DNA of 63,604 nt, from NCBI GenBank assembly GCA_051294375.1, contig CM119268.1, forward strand, positions 6,861,731-6,925,334, in the 5' to 3' direction. This DNA is from Paraspadella gotoi. Lineage: Eukaryota; Animalia; Chaetognatha. Under the pieces are notes generated by a model that was given only the letters and a program-made list of their open reading frames with translations, ran no database searches and was not told the origin of the DNA. This document shows positions 50,893-63,604 of this stretch, one piece after another. The position numbers and the translations under genes were made by a program. Position 1 is the first letter of the stretch; every line of letters starts with the position of its first letter.

Positions 50893-51752
50893 AATTGTCA
50901 GAGTGAGAAAATAAAAACAATTTTGTTCTCTCTGAAATCACGATTTCAAAATTGGTATCTTTTTTTCACCAAAAAAATAAATAGGAAAAAAATGACAAAC
51001 TTTTCGTTTAGCATTTTTTAAAAATATTCTACAATATTCGAAACCCAATAATGAGCTTTTTCCAAGGATATTTGACTGTTTTTGCATTCAGCTTGTTTTT
51101 CCGCCCGCAAAAAGGTTGAGCAGATTATTCGATTAAACGCTTCTGACTTCGCATAGAAAAAGATAGGAATCACTTAGAAATTGTTTTTTCTATTGAGAAA
51201 GAAAAGGCTTTGATAAAGGAGGAAGATCTTATGTATTATTGGAGAAACCATTCGGACGATGAGCACGAGCACAACATTTCGATAAGAAAAGGAATAAGAA
51301 GAACAAAAATTAGATTGAGAAGAACATGAATGGAAAAAAAAGGGTTTGTTTTCTTTTGTTTTTTTTTTCCTTTTACCTTTTACATGATGTTTTTGTTTTT
51401 AATGTATTCAACGTTTTTTTAACGTTTCAATCTTTTGATGTTTTTAGTGTTTAACGTTTTTATTTTACATTTAATAATTAATTAATTAATAATAATTAAT
51501 TTTAAACGTTTCTTTTGAAGTAGTTTTTAACATTTTAGTCATGTTTTAAGTTTTGATGTTAGTGTTTTAATTCATATTTTTATCAGTGTAGTTTTTATTT
51601 GTTTACTGCGTTGCAGTCTTATTGATACTGTTACTGATGTTTGTATTCAATTATGTTAATATCGTTTTTGTTATTAATAAAAAAAAAAGAACGGGAAGCG
51701 AAATACGACGAACACAGTCACAGACATCCGGATATTCGGAAATAGATTATTC

Positions 51753-51927
51753 TATCATTGCAGAAGATCTAGAAACTCAAAAGATGGAATCAAGTGAAAC
51801 CGGATGGTATCGGATCATAGTCTCAGGGAGAAATCACCGAAAATGCAATCGAGCTCTCTGATTGGTCGAGAGTCAGATGGAACCAGCCAATAGTTTTTTT
51901 CGGGTTTCAAGATCTTCTGCGATGATA
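51753..51927. mobile_element. MITE-like element with ~30-bp imperfect TIRs ending in TA
   Basis: TATCATTGCAGAAGATCTAGAAACTCAAAA vs reverse complement of the right end, TATCATCGCAGAAGATCTTGAAACCCGAAAA. Confidence 0.7.
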
Positions 51928-53389
51928 TTTTCATTGAGAACATTTAACCCCGCATTGTGATACCATATTTTGATACCAAGTAACGTTCCTTCTTGTTTCA
52001 TTTCCAATGGTTATCAAGCGCTGCTTTTTTCTCTATTTTTTTTTCTACGATTCGTTTCCTTTTAATCACCAATCAGTCGCCAAGCACCGTTCCTTCCCCC
52101 CTTTTTATTTCCTTTCGCCTCCAAGCACCATTCGTTTTCTTTTAATTACCAATCAGCCAAGCAAGCCATTCCGCTTACCGGAGAAAGCGTTAGACGAAAG
52201 GTTCCCCAAAAGACGGTTGTTTGTAATTCTAATGGATTCCATTCGAATCAAACCTGACGGAAGGGAAAAAGGAAAAGAGAATCGAACATAAACAATATGA
52301 AGAATTTTCTATGTTTTTCTTTCTTTTTTGATTCTCTGACTTTGAAAGCGAATTAGTAGATTTTTTATAAGAAAATTGATATATCGTTATATGAATAGAA
52401 TACTATATTTTTTTAAAATTTTTATAAAAACTGTAGTTATAACGATAGAGATAACGATCTATCGTCCATTAGGTTGAACAACTTTCTCGTCTTGTCTTTC
52501 TAGATAACGGTAACGGTAAATTTACCGTGGAAGGATAATCAAATATATTATCATCTCACAAAGTATTTTAAATTAGATACTTTATACTATCTTAAATGAG
52601 TACGGAAAGAAAAAGAAAACAGTTAGTACGTAAGAAATAACGTTTTTCTTTTACCTCAATTTTTTTTTCTCGTAGAATTGATTAAAAAAGTGTTTTTTAC
52701 TATTTGACCTTATTCGTGGAATTTTTTACAATTAAGAACAGCTTAAAAATTACGTGGTATTATTTAAAAATTTAGTTAATTTTATCTGATGACAGATTGA
52801 CCGACGATTCCTCTGGACGCATATGTATAAAAACTTAGCAACAAAGACCAAAGGCAAAAAAAAAAAAAAAAAAAAAAAACTAACTGAAGGCGCAATCATG
52901 CAAGAGTCAAGAGGACAACGATGCCAGATTCACGACGACAATGAGCAACGTGACACTCGCATTGTACTCGATAAAACTTCGCAAAGGATTTGTCGACATT
53001 TTTTTTTCTCCTTCTCAAAGTAGAAATCGTTACTGCCTTTTTTTTTTCTGTCAGAAAAAAAGAAGCTTTATGTGGTTGCGAGCGAAATGAAAAAAAAAAA
53101 GAAAGAAAAATAGCGAAAGAGGGCGTTTTTATTTAATTAAAAGAGCAACGCCGGGATCAGATGGTTTTTCATAATTTCCATTCGGAACGTTCTTCTTCAT
53201 CATCGGCCGTTCATTCAGGATTAAAACCGAGTTATATTATTATTAATTCTTATTAATGACATAACCCGTCAAAAGTCATGATAGCTTATACATTGAATGA
53301 ATGGATAATGGTATATTGGTCGTATCAATTTCATAACCTCAATTTACGAAACTATCAGTTTAGTCAGCGCATGATTGTACTCGCCCATG

Positions 53390-53595
53390 CAGCTAACTCA
53401 ACTTCCCGAAACCCCCCCCCCATTTTCACGGTTCTCACCCCTGAAGGCGTAAGCGTGAACAGCTAACTCAACTTCCCAAAACCCCCCCTTTTCACGGTTC
53501 TCACCCCTGAAGGCGTAAGCGTGATCAGCTAACTTAACTTCCCGAAACGCCCCATTTTCACGGTTCTCACCCCTGAAGGCGTAAGCGTGAACAGC
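53390..53595. repeat. Three tandem ~66-bp units that duplicate the LRR exon 3' end and its splice donor
   Basis: Unit CAGCTAACTYAACTTCCCRAAAC..TTTTCACGGTTCTCACCCCTGAAGGCGTAAGCGTGA occurs three times. Confidence 0.92.
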
Positions 53596-53708
53596 TTTCG
53601 TCGTTGAGTTGAAGAGAGAAAAGGATTTCAAGGATTTGAAGCGAAGAAAGACGTCGATGCCGAGGAAAGGGAGGGAAGTAAAGTTGAGCGCCAGGCGCCT
53701 GGTCGAGC
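53571..53708 (-). CDS. Exon of the leucine-rich repeat protein (two degenerate LRRs)
   Basis: 138-nt phase 1-1 exon, AACAG|..|GTGAGA; GSTRRLALNFTSLPFLGIDVFLRFKSLKSFSLFNSTTKAVHAYAFRG; joins the 60440 and 40497 exons in frame with 24-aa periodicity. Confidence 0.8.
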
Positions 53709-55381
53709 CTGTTAGGGGTACGAGGGAGGCGGATCGCGGGGGGGGGGGAGAGGGAAAGAGAGAACGGTATTAAGCGTTGCTTGTTGTTGACTTTGCCGAG
53801 CCACGCCCCCTTCTTTTTTTTTTGTCAGCGTCTAAAGACCCGCGGTCTCGCATTCGAAAGTTGCCAACCACGCCGTTAGGTAAGGTAAACAAAGTTGAGT
53901 TAAAGAGGGTAAGGCGAAGGAAGGAAAAAAGGGAACGGGGAGTCGGGTGGGTTTGGGTGAGAGTAGTTTTTAAGGCGAAGGTGGCTCGTGGGGTGGAGGA
54001 AGTTTTTTTTTTTTAATCGGCTGCGAGAAAGAAAAAAGGAAGAAGTTAAAAATAATAATAAAATTCATATTATGATTTAAATGACTTAATCTTTTACATA
54101 TCTCATAATCTAGTAATGAGCCCAGGGAGCTTGACTACGAAATGACCCACGAAACAAATTTGGAAAAATTATCTTGAATGTCCCTAAAATTGCAAGAGAC
54201 AGCAAAGCGAGGAAAAAGATAAGGTGAAAGAAACTTAAGTCTTTGGTGAAGAAAGATAATTCGAGGCGGGAAAATAAGAGAAGGAGAGCGAAAAGAAAGG
54301 AAAGAACAGGGCAAACGAAAAGCGAAAGAAAAGTAGAATAAAGAGGAGCAATAATAGCGAAGATGAGAAAAGTAAAGAGTAACGAACCCAAAAGAAGGAG
54401 AAGAGAGAGACAGAGAGAGTGATGTAAAAAGTAGAAAACGGGCCGAAATATGATGGGCGCAGCTGAAGGAATCGCGAGCCAATCGCTTCTCGGACGATCA
54501 ACCCTTTTTTTTCTTTTCTCTCGTGACACACAGCCAGAGCCTGCCCTCTGCTTTTTTTACTTTCTCTTTAACCCCCTCTGTGACCCACAGTCGCCACCGC
54601 CTCCCTGACCCACAGACGAAGCCTGCCCACCGCCCTTCCGTCTCTCTCTCTCTCTTCGGTCGTCGTGGTTACAAACTCGATTCTGTACTCAAGAGGCAAT
54701 TTGTAGCCAGCAATACGTGCGGGTCAAAATTGCATATGAGAGGAAGACCGAAGCATTGGAATACAAAAAAAAGAAGTAATAACTAATATATTCTCAACAA
54801 AAGACCAAACACGACAGCAGACAAGCACTCGATACAACACACGCAAAATATAGATAACATCAATCAATAAACAAAAATACGGTAAGCAAAATGTGGTGTT
54901 TTTATCCATATAAAATTCTATTTCAGATTCTTTCAAGCATATACATTTTACATTAACAGCGGAATACATAACGTCACAAAATTATTAAATTAAGAAACGT
55001 TTTCGAGTGTCTAAAATAATGTTTAATATGTGAACAAAATTTTTTTCGTTTTATTGATATTAGCTATCAGATATGGTTAAAAAGTCAGGGTAACCAAACT
55101 ATTTTCTAAACGTACGAATATTTTGCCATCGCTTTCATCCAGCAAACCTCTCTTAAAACCTCATCGACTTATTTTACATTATTATCATTTTCTCGCACAA
55201 TAACTTCCAGTTTCATTCTCATTCCATTCCCCCCTTCAACGCCCCCCCCTCTCTTGACGCCGAACCTTTTTTTTGGGTCGACGCGAAATTCAATAAAATT
55301 TACGATCTCGTAAAAACCGATTTCGTTCCGTCGAACGTAAATTAAATTCGATTTATTCGATAAAAAGCGAAAAACGCGGAA

Positions 55382-55438
<57 letters not shown>

Positions 55439-55683
55439 CATTAAGAGGAATGTACTCTTTTCGATGGAGGAAAAAAAAAAGAAAATTATGAAAATAATTT
55501 GAATCAGTGCGCGTTTTAAAATTTAAGCTTATAAATATTGCGTGCTTCTCGCGTGTCTCTTTTCTTGTCTCGCTCTCACTCCATGTCTGCGTTCGTCTCT
55601 CTTTTCTCATCTCGAGAAAATAACTCTCAATTTCCATCCTACGTCCTTAGACTAAACGACTCTCATCAAGACGACATTTACCT

Positions 55684-55742
<59 letters not shown>

Positions 55743-56489
55743 CTTAATCACCGTGATCACCAGAACTTTCATCGTCACCATCATTAACACTTTCAGGTTT
55801 ATCACAAGATCAGATTCTAAAACTCAGGACGTCTACTTCGAGTCTGAAATTGAACTCGATCGACGGCCGGACCAAAATATGGGCTGATGACAGACTGACC
55901 GACTATGGGAGAATTGTCTCGCAAACACGAAAAGTCAAAGACAAAAAAAAAATCCGACTGTAATTAATTAGAAATAATTAAATATTATTATTATTATTTT
56001 AAACCTGAGATCTAGATAATTAGTTAAAAAGAATTAAGGAGTCAGGTTGTATTAAAGAATGGATAGACCGAAAGAGATAGAGAAAATTTTTTTCTTTATT
56101 TATTTAACCTTCGAACAACGACTCAAGATTTGCGATTCTTAAACACATATTTGAATTCGAGATTGCATAATAAAAAAGCGGGATCGAAAGCTTCCATCTC
56201 CTGATTTACGCATATTTCCGAAATAAAAAGGACTACTTACTTTATTCAGACCTCATTCCGTCTTATTTCTCCTAATTTTCGGCTCATTTTTCCTCTCGCT
56301 CTTAATTAGGCCTCATTTATAATCCGAATTTTTTTAGTTTTTCACAAAATGAAAAAAAATCTAGCGTTTATTCGTGGATAGAATTGCCCGCGAGTATATT
56401 AAATTAGGTCCTTATTATGCAATATAAATTTAAATTATTAAACAAAAGTGAAAAAACTAAATTTAATGCAAGAAAAATGGGGAAAAAAG

Positions 56490-57145
56490 GTTTTTATGAA
56501 AAAACTAATGCTTTAAAAATAGGACGTTCTGAAATCAAGCGAGATTTATCTTTTGGACCAATAAAAAAAAAAATAATGTTTGTTTAAAATGCTTAAAGGT
56601 TCATTAGCTGCTAGTTATAGGTCTGATGAAAACAACTTTATGACCAAAATTTCATTTGCATATTGCAGTATTTTTTTATGAAAAAACTAGTGCTTTAAAA
56701 ATAGGAGGTTCTGAAATCAAGCGAGATCTATCTTTTGGACCAATAAAAAAAATTAATGTTTGTTTAAAATGCTTAAAGGTTCATTAGCTGCTAGCTATAG
56801 GTCTGATGAAAAAAACTTTTATGACCAAAATTTCATTTGCATATTGCAGTATTTTTTGTCTTTGTGCTAATAAAGAGATTTCGCGCAACATTAGGCTAAT
56901 ATTTTTCATTTTGGGCTTTTTTTAATTTTATTTTTTTTGAACTGCTGGGTTTTTTGAATGAATATAATCTAAAAAAAAAATATTAAGTTTCAAACTTAAT
57001 TCTTTAGTTTTTAGACGTAGCGCCGGCAAAGAATCAATGGGTAATTCATTTATACCGCAAAGCATAATTATTGTTACGGTTACCCTAGAGTCGGTATGAC
57101 TCGAATTTCTGAAGACCCTTACTCGAGGGTTTAATACCTTGTGAT
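56490..57145 (+). repeat. AT-rich dispersed repeat with an internal ~180-bp tandem duplication; related to 60770-61145 and (inverted) 61595-61890
   Basis: AAATGCTTAAAGGTTCATTAGCTGCT at ~56587, ~56767 and ~60771; GGTTACCCTAGAGTCGGTATGACTCGAATTTCTG at ~57078 and ~61081. Confidence 0.85.
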
Positions 57146-57169
57146 ATTAGTGAATATACCTAGAATATT

Positions 57170-57434
57170 ATACTATGAAATTGGTACAACCAATATAAAA
57201 ATTATCCATTCATTTAATAAATAAGCTATCTTGCCCCTGACTTTGGACAGGCTTTGGTGGTTTAAGGCCTCCATCACTCTTACAAGATAATGACATAGCA
57301 GGTCCCTGCAAGTTTTCAATCAAGACTCTTTCACAGTCTCGTTTATTCACTCCCAGAGTACCTGGCTTCCCTATTAATGAAGTGGAAAATATTTCAAAGA
57401 ATGTTTCAATTGTATGAAAAGACCACTCGATATA
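57170..57434 (-). repeat. Second (inverted) copy of the 548-893 dispersed repeat
   Basis: Reverse complement match to 665-893. Confidence 0.85.
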
Positions 57435-57918
57435 TTAAAGATAATCGTAGATATCTAACATATCTGCGATAACTACTAACTTTCGGCGTGGGCATTATGT
57501 GCGAAAGATCATTAGGGAGAAAGAGTAGACATTGGTTTGCGGTACTACAAGGTCACACACGACAGCCCGCCGCTAAAAAAAATCGTATCTCTGTTTGTTA
57601 TTTCGCAGTAAACTGTAAAAATTTATTACATCTTCCCTCAAATAAGTATGGTCAAACAAATTTTTCCACTAACTTATATAATTGCTCTCGTTTCTTAGTC
57701 AATCCGACTTTCATAGTGACGAGTTCCCACTTTTTACTCTGCTTTGAAAAAATAATTTCAAAAAAGTATGGAATTTGGAAGAAATTGCAAGATTTGCAGA
57801 TTTTTTTCGGGGGAGAAAGAGATTTTCTCAACGTCGAGAAACGATTTAACCGAGAGAGCAAAAAAAAAAACCATCTTTCTCTTAAAAAATCCTTTTTTGT
57901 CATGTCTGAAAAACGGGG

Positions 57919-58025
<107 letters not shown>

Positions 58026-58582
58026 CGCTGGTATAAATCACCTGACGGACCCATAAAACGTTCTTATCGTGTGTGGAAGATGAAGTTCTTTATGGAGTGA
58101 GGATAACGAGTTGCGGAGGAATGACTGTATCTCTCTCTTTGGAAGAAAAGCCAGTCGGAGAACACTGTACTTTCTTTTTTTTTTTCTTTTGAGGACGGAG
58201 TACGGCTACCGAGGATCGCGTTTAAAGCGACGCGCGAGGTTTTTTTTTTTTTTTTTTTGGGCGCGGGTAGAAAACGATTTATGGGTACTGATTGGTTGAG
58301 GGAGGAGACAGCGTTGGGGGGGGGGGATTTGCCCAAGGAGGAGGGGCGGTAAAAGATGAGAGCGAGGTAATGGGAGAGTAATGGCGTAATGGAGAAGTAA
58401 GCCCGGTGGAACTATGATACCGACGAATACGTGAGAGGAATGGAAAAAACAAAAGAGGAGGAAAGGAATCGACCTTTGAGCGTCGATGGAAAGAAAAAAG
58501 TCTGGAACGGCGGTTGGGGAGGAATTGAGAGAGGTAAATGAAAGAGGAAAGGGGAGGAAAAAGAAAAGGAAGAGGAAAAAGA

Positions 58583-58815
58583 GAAGAGAGGTAATTCAAA
58601 CTTGAAGGGAAAATAAAGAGAGAGGATGTGAGAAAGACAAGTAAAAAGAATAAAGACAAGTTAAAAGAGAAGAGAGGAAATTCAAACTTGAAGGGAGAAT
58701 AGAAATAGAGGATGTGAGAAAGACAAGTAAAGAGAATAAAGACAAGTTAAAAGAGAAGAGAGGAAAGTCAAACTTTAAGGGAATACAGAGATAGAGGAAG
58801 TGAGAAAGACAAGTA
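58583..58815 (+). repeat. 86-bp purine-rich tandem repeat, ~2.7 copies
   Basis: Units start at 58583, 58669 and 58755 (GAAGAGAGG.AA.TCAAACTT.AAGGGA..). Confidence 0.85.
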
Positions 58816-59074
58816 GGAAGGAGAGAGAGGAAGAGAGAACGTATGAAAACGAATGATAGGGGAATGAATAAAAAACAAAAAAAGATAGAAATGATCGAAA
58901 AAATGGAGAGTGAAGAAAGGTAAGTAAGAAAACGGGGTAAGGAAAAGAAAGCTGAGGGAGACAAGATGAAGAAAGACACTCAAGATAGCGGAAAAGCGAG
59001 TGAAGAAGCAACGAGGAAAAGATTGTGAATAAGGGAAGGAAAGAGGTTCACGCGGTACGAATGGGACATCGGTG

Positions 59075-59165
<91 letters not shown>

Positions 59166-59274
59166 CGTTCCGCGAATGAAGTTTTGGCTCCGCAAAAAAG
59201 GAATGGTTAGAAAAAAGACATTAAATGATTATCAATATTCGATCGATCCATTAACCACGACAAACGGACCATAA

Positions 59275-59383
<109 letters not shown>

Positions 59384-59671
59384 GTTTTTTCTTTCGTCTC
59401 AGAGACCCGTTTTAATTTCTTTCACTCTCTACTGCAGGAAAATTTATATCAAAAAAAGAGAAAAAAAATTGATGTATTCGTAAGAAAAAAAGGGAAATGG
59501 CACTTTGCGACGAGACACGACGACACGAGACGACGACGACGACGACACGACGACGACGCGTGAAAAAAAAACGAATATAATGCTATCTCCATCTACATCC
59601 AGGTAATGGTGCACGTGAGAAAGAAGATATAAAAAAAAATTTCACATGCTTTTTATATTTCTCTTCTCTCT

Positions 59672-59739
<68 letters not shown>

Positions 59740-60071
59740 CGTTTCTCATCAATTCTCGAATATGTTTTGGAAGATTCAAAGCGCCCGACGTCGACGGCGA
59801 CGACAAAACAAAACAAAACTTTTTCCATTTTCTCCTCTTTTGTTTTGAAGAGAAAAAAAAAGTTTAAAATCTTTAAAATCGTTTTTCCCAGATTTTGAAT
59901 ATGGATTTTTAAAAATTAAAGTAAATAGTTTTAAAGAAGAAAGAATGAAAGGAAATCATATTAATCGTGAATTTTAATTCACAACCATCATCATTGTGAT
60001 CACGATAATGAATATGTAGAATATAAAAGAAATAATAAATAAATAAAATAATAAATAAAAGATTAATAAAA

Positions 60072-60122
<51 letters not shown>

Positions 60123-60439
60123 ATTAAATAAATAAATAAATAATAAATAATAAATAAAAAAATAAATAATAAATAAACACTAAATAAATAATTAAATAAC
60201 CAAATTTCTAATAGCGAAACCATTTCCAAAAAAAAAAGGACATTCACCCCAACGAATTCATCACAAATCACTTTACCAAAATAGAAAGAAAAAAAAGAAG
60301 GAAATTTCCCCCCCCCCACTCTCCCGACATCGCGACGAATCTCATTTGTCTTCCTTCATTTCACGGATGCTCATCTGTTTTTTTTTCCTTCGCTTCACCG
60401 AAAAAAAAAGAAAGAAAAAGAAAGAAAGAAAAAACTCAC

Positions 60440-60556
60440 CCGCGATCTGAGCCGGGATCGTCGCCACTTTCCTTCCCAAACAAAGGACGGTCGAGTTGCC
60501 GTCGTCGCAGCAGAATTCAGCCACCAGATGTCCCGCGCACTTCAGCGTCGGATACA
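60440..60556 (-). CDS. Exon encoding an LRR N-terminal cap (LRRNT)-like segment
   Basis: 117-nt phase 1-1 exon, GTGAAG|..|GTGAGT; YPTLKCAGHLVAEFCCDDGNSTVLCLGRKVATIPAQIA resembles the C..C.C....V.C....L..IP..I cap. Confidence 0.75.
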
Positions 60557-60769
60557 CTTCACGGGGGGGAAATTTACGAATGTTTTAGCAGAAAAAAAAA
60601 AATGACTGACGAAATGAAATATTTGATGAGGGGTTCGAATGGATGAATGAATGAATGAATAAAAGAGAGAATAATTTTAAATGAAGAAATTAATAATATA
60701 TGAATGAAGAAAAAAAATCAATAAAGCGACATTTCTCTTTTGTTCCATTACAAAATTATAGTTTTTTTA

Positions 60770-61890
60770 AAATGCTTAAAGGTTCATTAGCTGCTCGTTA
60801 AAAATCCGATGAAAACAACATTTATGATCAAAATGTCATTTGCATATTGCAGTATTTCCCCTCTAGTTGATAATTAACAGCGTTCTTGTAATATTAGACT
60901 AATGTTTTTTATTTTGGGTTTTTAAATTTTTCTTATTTTAAAACCTCTTGATTTTTTGAATGATTGTAATCTGAAAATAATAATATCAAGTTTTGAACTT
61001 AATTCTTTAGTAATTAGATGAAGCGCCGGCAAAGAATCAATGGTAATTCATCAATTCCTCAATGCGAAATAAATGCTACGGTTACCCTAGAGTCGGTATG
61101 ACTCGAATTTCTGTAGACCCTTACTCGAGGGTTTAAAACCTTGTGATATCTGCGTATGCACCCATTCTATGGTTTTATCTGTGAATTATAAATAGTTACC
61201 ACAAATATGTTACGTGTGAAAGATTGCCGTACAATTGCTGTTTGTTATTTTGCGATAAACTGTAAAAATTTCAGACATCTTTTTACAAATAAGCAAGGTT
61301 AAAATTTTTTTTTTCACTAGAGGGACTGGAAGTGTTTGCCGAATTTTTAATTTTCCTATTATCTGCCGAAAAAAACATAAGGAATTCGAAATAAAAAGGA
61401 AGGCAACTACTTGTAAAATACATAAGTCGCCAAAGCTTTTTCTAGTTTAAATAACTTTTGTAGCTTTTAGTTTGAAAATCATAAAAATAAAGTATATATG
61501 TATATTAAAAATATGCTTTTTCTGATTCAAATTGAGTGTAATATGATTAGAAAGGTAGGAGTGAGGAATGAAAAAAAAAGAGGTATATGAAAACTTTTCA
61601 AACCCTCTAGTAAGGGTATTCAAAATTCGAGTCATACCGACCCTAGGGTAACCGGTAACACACATATCGCTTTGAGAATAGATGAATTACATTGATTCTT
61701 TGCCGGCGCTTCATCTAATACTAAAGAATTAAGTTCAAAACATGATATTATTACTTTCGGATTTACAATCATCCAAAAAACCAATACATTTAAAAAAAAA
61801 AAATTTAAAAAGTCCAAATAAAAACATTAGTCAATGTTGCATGAATGCTCTTAATTAGCAGTTGATAGGAAAATACTGCAATATGCAAAT
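60770..61890. mobile_element. Probable non-autonomous DNA element with long diverged inverted arms (~60840-61140 / ~61595-61890)
   Basis: 61022 AGCGCCGGCAAAGAATCAATG and 61081 GGTTACCCTAGAGTCGGTATGACTCGAATTT are mirrored at ~61690-61710 and ~61623-61653. Ends and TSD are not resolved. Confidence 0.55.
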
Positions 61891-63455
61891 AAATAAGTTT
61901 TAATATTGAAAAATTTTATTTGAAGCACTGTNNNNNNNNNNNNNNNNNNNNNNNNNTAGACTAATGTTTTTTATTTTGGACTTTTTAAATTTTTTTTTTT
62001 TAAATGTATTGGTTTTTTGGATGATTGTAATCCGAAAGTAATAATATCATGTTTTGAACTTAATTCTTTAGTAATTAGATGAAGCGCCGGTTTTCAAACC
62101 CTCTAGTAAGGGTATTCAAAATTCGAGTCATACCGACCCTAGGGTAACCGGTAACACACATATCGCTTTGAGAATAGATGAATTACATTGATTCTTTGNN
62201 NNNNNNNNNNNNNNNNNNNNNNNNNNNNNNNNNNNNNNNNNNNNNNNNNNNNNNNNNNNNNNNNNNNNNNNNNNNNNNNNNNNNNNNNNNNNNNNNNNNN
62301 NNNNNNNNNNNNNNNNNNNNNNNNNNNNNNNNNNNNNNNNNNNNNNNNNNNNNNNNNNNNNNNNNNNNNNNNNNNTTCCTTCTCGCATTCTCGAGTTCTT
62401 TCTCCTATCGTTCTTCCTCCTTATTCCTTTCTTCCTCGTTCCTCTTCCGATTCCATCCGTTCTCACGGTTCCGATCGGCGTCCCGCTTCTGAAAAAAGGG
62501 GGGAGAGGGTGTGGCATTGGTAAGGTAAGATAAGATCAAGATTATTCGGGTGCGGGGTGAATTTCGGGGAAAGCAAAACAATCTCTCTGTGAATTTGATA
62601 ATCTCAATTTCTAACGGCATCTCTCACCTCCTGTTCTCTCACAGAATTTAACGACATTCACAACCAATNNNNNNNNNNNNNNNNNNNNNNNNNNNNNNNN
62701 NNNNNNNNNNNNNNNNNNNNNNNNNNNNNNNNNNNNNNNNNNNNNNNNNNNNNNNNNNNNNNNNNNNNNNNNNNNNNNNNNNNNNNNNNNNNNNNNNNNN
62801 NNNNNNNNNNNNNNNNNNNNNNNNNNNNNNNNNNNNNNNNNNNNNNNNNNNNNNNNNNNNNNNNNNNNNNNNNNNNNNNNNNNNNNNNNNNNNNNNNNNN
62901 NNNNNNNNNNNNNNNNNNNNNNNNNNNNNNNNNNNNNNNNNNNNNNNNNNNNNNNNNNNNNNNNNNNNNNNNNCAACAACAACAACAAAAACAACAACGA
63001 CGACAGTCAGACCGAAAGAAAAGGAGAGCAAAGCGGAAGACTCCAGTCGCCCACTCCACTCCTCTGCTTAATGGAGCGACTCTTCACTCCTCTTCTTCGC
63101 TTCCTTCTTCAAAAACAAATCTTCCATCTTACAAAGCAGATGTTAGCCGCTTGCCGACGCCCGCAGACGCCCGCAGACTCGCGCCGAAAACATTACGGCC
63201 AATGTTAGCCTTTCTGCGATTAACGCCGAGCCGTTAGTTACTAATTTTGTTTTTGTTTTGTTTTCGTTATTTTTTTTTTCGCGTTTCATTATGAGTCATA
63301 ATTAGACCGAGTTGGAAGTTAATGGACGGATAATTATACTTTTGACCCGGGAAGTTAAAGAGAGAAAACATAAGCGTTTAAAACAGTAAACGGTCAAACT
63401 TAAAACGCACTTAAGACTGTTTGGCTTTGCACATTTTCCGACAAGAAAAACTCAC

Positions 63456-63536
63456 TTGCTCCTTTGTCTGTTCGATTCGGCGGATCTCCTGTAGAGGGCG
63501 CGATCCTTTGTTTGGATTTCCTCGAAGTCGTTTGAC
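63456..63536 (-). other. Candidate 81-nt exon, possibly an upstream exon of the LRR gene
   Basis: Strong sites TTTTCACAG| and |GTGAGT. All three frames are open. Phase 1 would join the 60556 exon in frame. No domain evidence. Confidence 0.35.
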
Positions 63537-63604
63537 CTGTGAAAAACAAAAGGAAACTCAACATGAGATTTCTTTTGTTGGCGTGATAGTCTTTTTCTCT
63601 GTTT

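Noticed and set aside
53390-53595. Regularly spaced repeats considered as a CRISPR-like array
   Set aside because: Units are full tandem duplicates without unique spacers; eukaryotic context, no cas genes
56620-56660. CTGATGA motifs in the AT-rich repeat (also ~38979, ~52787, ~55884)
   Set aside because: No stem II followed by GAAA
61957-62198. Short inverted plus direct copy of 61595-61832
   Set aside because: A small contig between two N gaps, nearly identical to adjacent sequence; probably a redundant assembly fragment

Overview
Eukaryotic (animal-like) genomic scaffold, very rich in (AG)n, (GAC)n/(GTC)n and A-rich microsatellites, with eight N gaps and many homopolymer indels that suggest an error-prone long-read or hybrid assembly. 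Almost all ORF-track entries are low-complexity noise. By reading splice sites I could reconstruct two minus-strand spliced genes: a 15-exon, divergent Sec1/Munc18 (unc-18/STXBP-like) gene at 29451-35900, and three widely spaced exons (60440-60556, 53571-53708, 40354-40497) that join in frame into an LRRNT plus four 24-aa LRRs. Other main structures are: a ~13.4-kb inverted duplication (1056-8151 / 8366-14483); a 789-bp insertion in one arm only, with a 9-bp TSD and a Penelope-type minimal hammerhead ribozyme; a 1.28-kb foldback element with ~590-bp TIRs and a 9-bp TSD; a decayed LINE reverse transcriptase; a Helentron-type HINE; a tRNA-derived SINE; and small MITEs. A 66-bp triplication gives one LRR exon three in-frame splice donors. 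I found no prokaryote-type system, and I cannot claim a confidently new biological system. All comparisons were made by eye, with no database searches.
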